A stretch of 64,000 nt of DNA from Takakia lepidozioides (Eukaryota > Plantae > Bryophyta): positions 60,450,001-60,514,000 of the forward strand of contig CM060732.1 in NCBI GenBank assembly GCA_030704615.1, written 5' to 3'. The translations under genes and the position numbers were made by a program. Below are positions 1 to 10,043 of this stretch, piece after piece (the stretch's first letter is position 1; each line of letters starts with the position of its first letter). Below the pieces are notes generated by a model. It searched no databases. It saw only the letters and a list, made by a program, of their open reading frames with translations, and had not been told where the DNA came from.

Positions 1-559
1 AATTTGTTACAGTCCCACCTGGTGACGTTGTACTAGAGGGCTTTACATCAGCACCTATCACATCATGACCTTTGGGCATCTACTTTTCTGATAATTCTAG
101 ATTTACGTAAGTATGCCTTATTTGTCTTATACTTTCTGGATATCCTCGTGTTAGTGATTTATCCTCATTAATTATTCTGTCCATCTTAGTTGAGATGGAA
201 ACATATTAGGTGGCTCTAGGTGGCTGGATGTACCTTGTTAAATAATGAAATCATTTCATAGAGTAAAGAGAATGATGACGAAACATAAATATGTATTCAT
301 TTATACATATATCTCACTCTATCACTCTTACAACAGACTGTCTCTCTTACAGATAAGAATGTTCATGCTTTATAGTTGTGAGAAACATAGTGACATGTCC
401 TTTCGAATCTTTTGATGTGAAGCGTTCTAGCAACTGATGTAATAATATATATAACTATCTTTAACTACTAGAAGTCTTACTATCCTAGTGGATGTTAATA
501 TCCTACTAACAGAGCTAATAAGAAGAGGAAAAAGAGTACACACCATTAATCACTTCAAA

Positions 560-830
560 GTTGAATCTAACAAGGTGAAAAAACAAACTTTCTGCCAAGA
601 AAAGCAAGAAATGTCTTGCAAATGGTAATCCTGCAAAATTTGAGGGTGCAACAGCAATGTGTGCTAATAGAAAGTTAACTCAACAAAGGAATCTGTATAA
701 TTCTCAGTCAAAAGGAAAAACGTCTCATTTGATCAAGACGAGAAGATGAAGTTTGCAATTACTGCAAAAAACATGGACACTATAAAAAGTAGTGTATGAA
801 ATTCATGGCATATAAAGCCTTAGAAAATAT
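560..830 (+). pseudogene. Degenerate Ty1/copia-like gag remnant (zinc knuckle)
   Basis: 748-800 translates EVCNYCKKHGHYKK*CMK (CX2CX4HX4C with an internal stop) after a Lys/Asn-rich linker. Confidence 0.6.
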
Positions 831-1039
831 CAAAACTGAACGCAATTCTTCAGCATAAGTATTGATCACCACGAGGAAGACGCACTCAACTGAAGGTGGA
901 CCAAGGTGGCCACTGCATGGACACCATGCAGTATTTGAACTTTCATATTATAGCTTGTTTCACTAATATCGGTACTCGACACGTCGTAGAAGCTCTATTT
1001 TGCAAGGAACATGGCCGGTGACTCCATACTATCCATACT

Positions 1040-1372
1040 ATGGAGGAGGAGGAAGATGATACCCTTGAGGAATGCATCGAACAATACCGTTCAAACCTCA
1101 ACACGCCCTTCATGATCAAATATTTCAAGTCTAGGGGTTATATTCCGTCAATGATGTGGGTAAAGCATAGGTCTAGAGCATGGTTTCAAGACTTTCTCTT
1201 GGAGTATGATGATGAACAATGGCTCATGATCATGAAAATGAGTTTAGGGACCTTCAACTGGCTTTGAGCTGGCTTTGCAATGTTCTTGCTCCTTGGATTT
1301 CTATGTTTGGCACTAACTATCGCAAGGCTTTATCTATTCCCATGCGGGTTGGGGCTAATGTCTATTTTCTAC
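1040..1372 (+). pseudogene. PIF/Harbinger transposase N-terminal fragment
   Basis: WVKHRSRAWF...DDEQW...MKMSLGTFNWL, then after a frameshift LCNVLAP...TNYRKALSIPMRVG; typical HARBI1/PIF N-terminus. Confidence 0.7.
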
Positions 1373-1427
1373 ATATATCTTCAATCGGACCAGGTGAAAC
1401 ATGTGGTGCATTGCTGACTGTATGTAG

Positions 1428-1574
1428 ATCTGGAATCCGGGGAAACTCATTCTGCCATACGGTGTGGCTCCTTCATTAACTGGAGGCGTGCTCCTTGGGT
1501 ACATTGCGTTTGACCTCTCTCATTTCTTCATGCACCGTGGTACAATGTTCAATGACTGGCTTTACAACCTGAAG
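1428..1574 (+). pseudogene. Isolated exon of a fatty acid 2-hydroxylase (FAH1/FAH2-like)
   Basis: TAG|IWNPGKLILPYGVAPSLTGGVLLGYIAFDLSHFFMHRGTMFNDWLYNLK|GTGGGT resembles the plant FAH exon FWN...GGGxLGYxxYDxxHYYLH...NLK; CTGAC branch-like site at 1414; no other FAH exons seen. Confidence 0.75.
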
Positions 1575-1699
1575 GTGGGTAAAGAAAGAGATGAAAGGAT
1601 GGCCAAAGAGAGAGAGAAGAGGATGCATATGTTTCAAGTGAAAATGCAGGTGAGATGGCCAAGTTGATTGGCAAGGGTAATCAGCAAGGACCTAGCTAG

Positions 1700-2367
1700 T
1701 GGCTGATAGCATTTTAGGGCAAGAAGATGGACCACATAAATTATCACAAAGCTTGGTCATTTACGTTATGACAATCTTGCCAATTTTGTCAGTGGGATAT
1801 CAGATGTTTTAGCCATCACCCTCTGAGGCTACCCACTGCTTAAATAAAGCATGTCTCATTTTCTTCGATGTATCTTGTGATTTGACGTACGATATCATGC
1901 ACACCTTGGCGTTGTGTATATTCAAGAAATACGTTCATATGCTGGTAAAGTATGCCAAAAAAAATCGGAAGATGAAAGATATAGAAGCTACAATACATAC
2001 TGTGAAGAAGCTGAGACCTGCAGGACTTGGGGCAAGGTGGCCGAGGAGTAGGACTAGTGACCACCCTACTCAATGCAAAGTGGGTGGAGTGAAGAGCGGG
2101 GGCTACTCAGGTTGTCGACGCCACTACATGGCATCTAGATGGCGGGCTCGATCTACCAGCAGGGGTTTGGTGGAGTACCATGACAACAGATTGCAGATGA
2201 GACACCCATCTGACATGCGGTTTGCGGAAAACATGACACTCTCCGTGAGAGAATGGCAAAAATTATCTAATGGCAGAAGAAAGGAAGAAGTTGCTCGTGA
2301 AGCAGACATTTTAGGGAATTCATGTCTTTGGAGATGTTTTATTCTCAGCTCTCCTCTCGCTAATTAA
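1700..2367 (+). pseudogene. CACTA/EnSpm-superfamily-like transposase fragments (rearranged)
   Basis: FDVSCDLTYDIMHTLALCIFKKYV and DHPTQCKVGGVKSGGYSGCRR resemble the DxMH and DxPA...GC motifs, but in reversed order. Confidence 0.5.
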
Positions 2368-2464
2368 CCTGGTAGGTCGAGGGATGTTGGGATTGTCATC
2401 ATAGCTTGCATCATCATCTCTCAAGTATCTAGGGTCACTGTCAATACTGGTATCAATGTAGAAA

Positions 2465-2975
2465 TTTTATAAGACACTGCAACAAGCAGCGACGGTCTGT
2501 GCTGCAGCTAATAAACTCACGTTCAGATTTTTTTTAATTCTTCATTTGTTCTTCAGCATATCAAAATAGTTCTCAATTTTGACTTGTCAGCTCTCCAACT
2601 TCTATTGAATTGATTCTGAAGACGTATCCCTGGTGCTTTTTTATTGTATGGTTGAAGGATCCAGATATGCTGAATCTCCTAACAGATATGGCGTGATTTC
2701 AACTTCATTCACTGTGATTGTTGGAGTAGACATTAGGTAATTGGTCTTCAATTTCATCCATAATGAGCTCGACCAAAAGTGTGTTATGTACCTCTAGGCA
2801 TGTTGCAACAAACATCTAGGAACCCGTATTTTATCATCACAAACTCCATGCATAATTATAGAATAAAATTTGAGGTGATTGAGTAGTCCGCAGGAACCAT
2901 CTCTTCTTTCAGTTTTTGCCACAAACTTGGAATATGAGAGCCATCAATGGTTCCCCACATATGTGGAATACATGT
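2465..2975 (-). pseudogene. PIF/Harbinger (DDE_Tnp_4) transposase core, degenerate
   Basis: Minus strand reads WGTIDGSHIP, YSIIMHGVCDD, YLLGDSAY, KIENYFDMLKNK*, AACCSVL*NF, with frameshifts and stops. Confidence 0.8.
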
Positions 2976-4737
2976 TAACAATAACTAGAACATCTCTCTA
3001 TGAATGTATATATACAGGATATATATTTATGATAGATGTTGGTTGCTAATATGTGAGTAATAAGCCATGTGTATGTACAATAGCTAGACCCACACCCAAT
3101 AATCTGCAATTTTCCTCACTTGCAAACCATGTCATAATCGACAAAGAACAACTGCTAAATCTACTAGATCAGGTGAAATAGGTGCTCTCTACGACATTTT
3201 GGAATGAAGAATTCTACTGTTGCTACTATCATATAAAGAATCATAAAGATGATGATGCCGTTGCTATCATTATAAGTGTCATCAGAAAAGGAGAGCTCAT
3301 GAGATGTTAGGAGCATGCAAAGTCCAAATGCTCCTGATCTGAATCCATTGTTTGATTCTAAAACATGAATCAAATTGAAGAAAGAAGAAGAGAGAAGACT
3401 GAAAAGCGGAATTCTCGAAATTAACGTCACAAATAGATGAGAATCCTAGGAACAGATCAGGAATGTCAAGGGAACAAATCAGAAACGATGAGGGAACGGC
3501 ATGGAAACGACATGGAGGCAAGTCTAGTATAAACAGTACTCGCGGTGGCCACACTGCCCGCACCTGCCGCCACCGTTAACGTGGCTATTCGTGTAAACAG
3601 TCTATGAGACATGCATTGCTCCATATACACACTATGCATCCCTCCACATTTCATCTTTGTTGTGTTACAACACCGTCCTCTTCCTCTACCACAAACAGAG
3701 CTAGCCACCCCTACAAAACATGTTGTTGTACGTAATCGGACATGCGGTCGCATACGGGGTCGTATTATAGCTGCCACCTAATGCTTCAAAGGGTTTGGCC
3801 CTTCACTTGTCAAGAGAGTTTGCCCATATTGCACCATGTGGCAAGTCCTCTTCGGCTATCGTAGCTCTCTGATAGGGACACGTGGGGCTACAAACCCAGG
3901 AATACTCCCTGTTCCGATAATGGCCAGCGGGTAGATCCGGTGAGCGGCCTCCACCCGGTGGCCATGGTCTAATACATCACCTAACTTAAGTTGCACAATT
4001 GTCAAGTGAAGTACTGCAATCTGCAACACCTCCCTCCGCGTAATAACCGACCTAACTTTCCCTTCGTAAAACCGGGGACTTCCCAGATCGGCAACAGGTT
4101 TTTGCCCGGGGCCAGAGGCCCATAATAGAATCCCGGCGGCTCCGGGCAGGTGTCAGACATCCACACACAGTTGTTTACGCAACGTAAGATCCGGGCCCTT
4201 GGTATCTCCTCGATTTTCCGGACCCTACCCCCGTGACAGGCGCCTCGAATCCCGGAAAGTACGAAACTCACACTCGGGGCACAACTTTACGTACCTCTTC
4301 CAACAACCTTTTTTCGATCACAGCACGGCTGTAGCTCGGTGCGGGTTGGGGTTCAAACCCCTGTCAGTTGCCTCTTTCTGCCTTCGGCCTCTGCCCCTGC
4401 ACTCAGAAATGGAGTATTTTGCCCGGTTGTGGGGTATGTTTTTCCGGGAATATATTTGGTTTTTTTTCTTAGGGTCGGAAGAAGCCCTGGCATAGCGGCA
4501 TGCAAAAAGATCGTACTAAATTGCATTCCGTGACTAAAGTTACGCCGTCGAACGGCAGTTGTCTGCCGTTGCAGCCACGTCACGGCAGCGCTTTGAGAGC
4601 GCAGAAAGGAGGGGCAGCGAGCGTGTGTAGTGTGCAGAGCCAAACTGAGACTCTGAAGTAAATTGTTTGGTCGCTAAGTTACTGCGAATCCATCGCGAGG
4701 TACTTACGTGCGAAGGTGTTGGTGTTGCACAAGGACT

Positions 4738-6973
4738 ATGAAACCCATCGAGACCTCTCCCCTCCTTCCCCAAAACGATTTGTTTCCGGACCATCTCTCG
4801 TCGACAAAAAGAACCTTCTGCAACATCTTAATCTCATTGCTGGGAGCCGGGGTTTTGGGCCTTCCGTATTCGTTCAAACAGACTGGATGGCTGGAGGGAG
4901 GACTGGTTCTGGCTACTGTAGCCTTGGCTTGTTACTACTGTATGATGTTGCTGGTTTGGAGCCGCCAGAGGTTGGAGAGTGAGGGAAACGTTGGAGAGGT
5001 CAAGACATACAGTGAGTTGGGATTCTATACATTCGGGAAAGGCGGCCAGGCCGCCGTTGATGCCTTTGTTTTGGTTAGCCAAGGATGCTTCTGCATTGCA
5101 TATCTTATTTTCGTTGGGGAAAATCTGGACTCGGTCTTCTCGAGATCGGATTCTGTTTCGGGTGCCTTGGGATCAGTTGATCGGCTGGCAACAATGCCCA
5201 ATTCATTAGCAGATTTGAATGCGGGGGCGTATGGAGGGGCGTCACGGGCATTCCAGGGTGGTTCTTCTCCGGCAAATCAATGGAGGACAAAGGAGGTCTA
5301 CATATGGCTTGTATTTCCGCTGCAGGTATATGTCGTGTCCATGGTTTCTAGGTTAATTGAATTCATTATTTTTAGTCGATGTCTGGGTCTCATATCCCCC
5401 TGTCACAATTCGGACCAGTACTCTTGGGGCAGAGGATAAATGTTCCGGTCAAATTTTGTGGGAATTTGCCCAATTTGGGGCCTGTGCTATCGATGTCATC
5501 AAGAGCATTGAACCCTCCACTACATGGATCATTTGAGGGCGCTGAATGTAATTTGTGGCTACAGCCACAAAGTTTTGCTGTCATCTCATGGATGAAGCGT
5601 TTTGAGCCATATTATTGCTTCATTACAGCTTGTGTGAAACCCAAATGTTTCTGCAGAGATGACCAGTAAATGAGGGTTTGTTGCAAAGTTAGTGTGCTGG
5701 GAAGGACCTGACAGTTAACAATAATTCATTCTGTTTGCAATCCATTTCATGGGTAGTCAATGTGGTAAAAGTGATTTTGTGGCTTTCCATATCCCCAACT
5801 TATTCTGGTTACTAGAAGGAAAATCCTTGGAAGAGTCTGTCACCATTCACAGAGTCAAATCAGGAACTGCAGAAGCTCTGGAAGGGAAGGGAACCAATCA
5901 TAACATAATTTCTCAAGTTTTATTGCTTCTATTCCAGGTTTGGTGTAACAACAGGAGATGGTTTAGCTGTACTTGCCAGTTGAGCCTACACGAGAGACTC
6001 AATCTATTGTTATTGTAACTTCCCTACACCTGGTAGTCATCTATGGTGATTGAAGAGAATTGCTCTGCATAAAATTTCCTGTTCCTGAACAAGAAGATAT
6101 TGTTGTACATATTCATATCCTGAAAAGCTGCTAAACTATCTTCGCTCTATCATGTGTTGTTGTTATTGCTTCTTAGCAAGTGAAGCACAATCCACTACTT
6201 CTGTACTTTTGTAGGTACTACTGGCATGCATTCGCTCGCTTACAAATTTGGCACCCTTCAGCCTGGTTGCGGATGTGGTCAATGTGGTGGCCATGGTGGT
6301 GGTGATGACAGCAGAATTTTCAATCATTGTGGGCAGCCATGGCCAGCAAGTGCATGCTTTCACAGGGCTAAAGAGCCTGCCATTTGCAATTGGAGTGGCC
6401 ATCTATGCGTTTGAAGGCATCAGTCTTGTTCTTCCTATTGAATCATGCATGGGGAATAGATCCAAGTTTGGGGTTGTCTTGGGGGCTGCAATGACTTGTA
6501 TCCTGCTCTTGTACATGGCATTTGCACTGCTAGGATACTTCGCATTTGGGGGGTCTACCAAGGATATCATCACATTGAATCTGGGAAACACCTGGCAGAT
6601 GGCTGTTGTCAAGTTGGGTCTATGTGTAGGTCTACTCTTCACATATCCAGTGATGATGCATCCAGTTCATGAGGTGGTGGAGCGGCGGTTCAGGCAGGGG
6701 CAACCTTCTGTTCTTTTGAGATCTGTTATTGTGTTGGCTACAGCATGGATTGCAGTTGCAGTCCCACATTTCAGCGATTTTCTGTCCCTGGTGGGGAGTA
6801 GTGTCTGCTGCATCATGTCCTTTGTAATGCCAGGCATGGTGCACTTGCAAATTTCAGGTTGGCGGCTTTCATCAGTTGCAGCAGGTATTGACTACCTGCT
6901 CATTGCATTTGGCATTACCTTTGGATTGTGGGGAACCTGGTCTTCCTTACAGAACATTATGGCAGTATCTTGA
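4738..6973 (+). CDS. Amino acid transporter, AAAP family (ANT1/AVT3-like), 2 exons, ~448 aa
   Basis: Exon1 4738-5325 (TFCNILISLLGAGVLGLPYSFKQTGW), GT-AG intron 5326-6214 (phase 0), exon2 6215-6973 (GVAIYAFEGISLVLPIE; YPVMMHPV; LVGSSVC); frame intact, multiple TM segments. Confidence 0.93.
5807..5960 (+). repeat. ~150-bp dispersed repeat, copy 1 (in transporter intron)
   Basis: Aligns by eye with 9840-9994 (GGTTAC..AAAATCCTTGGAA..TCTGTCACCAT..CTTCTATTCCAGGTTTGGTGTAACAACAGG). Confidence 0.85.
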
Positions 6974-8109
6974 ATGGAAGCATTTCAAGGATATTCAATT
7001 TATTATAGGTACCTCTTTTGAAGGATAATGAGGAGATCAACTGCCTAGCAGCATTTATTACTGCCGCAAAAGGGATTCAAGCACATTGTTTCTACAGTAA
7101 AATGCAGAACTAGAGATTACCAGAGTTCCAATTGCTCCTCCCTGAATTCATTCAAGGGTGTTCAGAGATGCAAGGCGCATATGCAAAACACTCTAGCCCC
7201 CCAGAAGTCAATGAATCATATGACATGCCCCCAGGTGATGTACATAAGGCTGTATGCTATTCAACACATGTCAGTGACATGCACTGAATTTTCAACTGGT
7301 ACGAGCACCAGCAGTATGTGTTCAGTCTGCCTATGGTTTGTAGTTGTCATAGTGACATTGTGAGCTTGAGCCTTCGGCAAAGGCCATAAGCTTTACTTGT
7401 GATCCAAAAAGGTCCTGCTTGAATACTGTAGCGCAGTTTTAGACAAACTGATGAAAAGACACTATGTATTTGTGATCTTATGATGTGAACTGGCACCCTG
7501 GAATTGTCACCAGAATTTGATTAATGCCCTAAACAGGTGAGGGGACACACTGGTACTGTCCAATATGTAACATGGCATCAGAGAATTCACATGCCGCCAG
7601 TGCATATGTGATCTCATATCGGTGCCCACTAAGCAAAGCTGTTTGTGGAGTCAGACCTATGGTGAATGTGTATGCTACCATGGCATCAACTTTGACGCAC
7701 CTGGACATCTAGTATGAAGAGGCATCAAACATAACCTTGAAGGAATGTAAATGCCTAGGGGCTACCAAAACAACATTACCATCAGAATCACATGAAAGTG
7801 CCACTGCAAAACAGGGTCCTGATTGTCCCTCTAGATGACAGTTTCTTCATGAAGCGGACCTGCTATCACCAGCATCAGAAGCAACAAAGTATCTAGTGTA
7901 CCTTGGTGTCATTGAACAGAGCTTCATCACTTGGGGTTGCAAATCAAGCGTGGATCACTTTCCCCCAACATGGGAGTAAGTGCAAGTGTACACCAGCAAA
8001 TGAAAAGGTGGGAGAGAAAGGTAAGAAAGGAAGCAATCTGCCTCGTGATGGCCTGAATGTCCTCCATGATCTCCTTGTCTGGTTTCTCTTTCGGTGTGCT
8101 GCAATGTTT

Positions 8110-9127
8110 TCCTTAAGTGTCAAACCGACCCGTTTTGGGTTGGTTAGGTTTCTTTAACCATCCAGTTCTTACTTGGGTTGACTCTGATTTGAGTCTAATT
8201 AGGCTCATTAGATAGGAAAAAAACTCTTACACACAATGGCATTGGCCAATCTTCAAAAAAGAAATATATATATGGAGTAAGACCCCCCAATTTGGGGCAG
8301 CTTTTTTGACATATTTTTGCTGAATCATCTTGCCCGAGTTGCTTACATGGCAACCACGGTCAGGCTAGGGGAAGGCTTTCCACCCTAAGAACGGCAGGCC
8401 CACACACATCCCAATGCCCTGTGAATGTGCAGCAGCCTCCGTGGCAGTGGTGAAACGGTCTCACAACCCGCTAGGTACAAGGGCTACACTAGGAAATACG
8501 GTAGGGCTGCAGGCCAAAATATAGGTTGGGCTGGGAATTCCCGGGCAGGGCCCGAAAATAGCCTAAAACATTCCCAATTGGATTGATACAACAACATTTG
8601 CATGCAATGATGACATGGACCAGAGCGATTGAGAATTGGACGGTAGATGTGTCCTATGTAATTTTTGAAGCTCAGATTTTGGTCTGCCCGCTTCAAATTG
8701 GGTTTTGAGACCCCCCCATTTGTGATTACAAAGCAGCCCACACGAAAACAAGTCAGAAAAAAACGAAAATTTCAGGGAAGGTGTGGCATCAAGTGAGGTA
8801 CACAATTCCCAAGACTCTCACTGGACGTCAAAGAATCTTTATCTTCTTATCTCATATCATGCAAGGAAAACATTGCCCAAATTTGGTAAATTTCTTGGTT
8901 TTTTATGCTCTTCATTTTTAGGAAGGATTCTCTTTAGGGCACATCTGTATATTATAATCTTCTAATCTGGCAATTGGATACGGCTGCAATATTTTGAGGT
9001 CATAGTTTGGGTAGATGGGCAGTAAATTCAACGGTCACTTTTACAGGGACTTAGAAATCTGGGAGATAAAAAAGATTTAGTGGGCCAGGGACAGCATGGC
9101 GTGAAAATGGGCCGGGACACTTAGGGG
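8110..9127. mobile_element. Possible decayed piggyBac-like MITE
   Basis: Right end GACACTTAGGGG|TTAA and left end CCTTAAGTGTC form an imperfect inverted pair; the left TTAA is not preserved. Confidence 0.35.
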
Positions 9128-9710
9128 TTAAGTATTGTCATCTCTTACCTAATGAGAGTGGTAGGAAAAAACATGTGCACAAGCTTACAAGTAGTAGTAA
9201 GCTTCCTGTTTCGCCTTCAGAGTCCAACAGTATTTCTAAACTAAACCGTTTTATCCCCTAAATGATCGAGAAGGTTCAGGATGGCTTGGAAATCCCACTG
9301 AGGTAATCCCGTGCTGGAATATCGTGCGTGCGAATTCATATTGAGCAAGAAAAGGCGGAAGCAAAACACTGGGATGAAACTGAAAGGAAGGTCGAAAGAA
9401 GAGACAGAGATCCAAAGATACAGAACTGATGCAGACGGAAAACGTACTACTGGAATTCCTCACGAAAGTGCGCACCAGGTCTCTCTCTCAGAGTGCAGAA
9501 GGTCTTGCCTTCCCAACACTACCTGCGAGATAATTGCGGAAGCGTCACAGGTTAGTTTTCTAGACACTGATAAAGCGAGGTTCTCCCGGGGGATGAAGGA
9601 GGAGCAGGAGCAAAGGGAATGCAATGTGCAGACAACATAGTCAAAGGACAGAATAAACACACAGGGAAAGATAGAGGGGGGCGTAGACGAGCATGGAGGT
9701 CTGCATTGCG

Positions 9711-9731
9711 CTCTCTCTCTCTCTCTCTCTC
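9711..9731 (+). repeat. (CT)n microsatellite upstream of TERT (probable 5' UTR/promoter)
   Basis: About 10 CT units. Confidence 0.9.
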
Positions 9732-9839
9732 AATGCTGTGGTGTGCAGTCGGTGGCGGGCCGGGTGCAGAGTGGGACTCTTGTCACACCGACTGCACACC
9801 ACAGCTTTGATACTCCTCCTACACCACCACAGTTCAAAT

Positions 9840-9994
9840 GGTTACCAGTAGCAAAATCCTTGGAAATGTCTGTCACCATGCACAGTGTCAAACTCAGGAA
9901 CTCGGTAGCTCTGAAAGGGAAGGAAACCAAACATGGATTGATTTTTTCGAGTTTTCTTGCTTCTATTCCAGGTTTGGTGTAACAACAGGCGATG
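9840..9994 (+). repeat. ~150-bp dispersed repeat, copy 2 (candidate TERT 5'UTR intron 9841-9971)
   Basis: Similar to 5807-5960; G|GTTAC donor-like start and TTCTATTCCAG|G acceptor-like end. Confidence 0.8.
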
Positions 9995-10043
9995 AAGAAG
10001 GCACAAACTGGGCCTGCATAACCAGAGAGATGCTGCTGGGGCA

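Noticed and set aside
236-511. Solo LTR (TGTTA...TAACA)
   Set aside because: Ends fit, but the flanks (TACCT/GAGCT) are not a TSD and there is no second copy in the window
3164-4643. Several short ORFs upstream of the transporter
   Set aside because: No recognisable domains or consistent splice structure; likely promoter and decayed repeat sequence
9120-9262. Telomerase RNA gene next to TERT (CTAAACTAAACC, TTAGGGGTTAA)
   Set aside because: No full template matching a plant telomere repeat and no recognisable USE+TATA Pol III promoter; one motif is better explained as a MITE end
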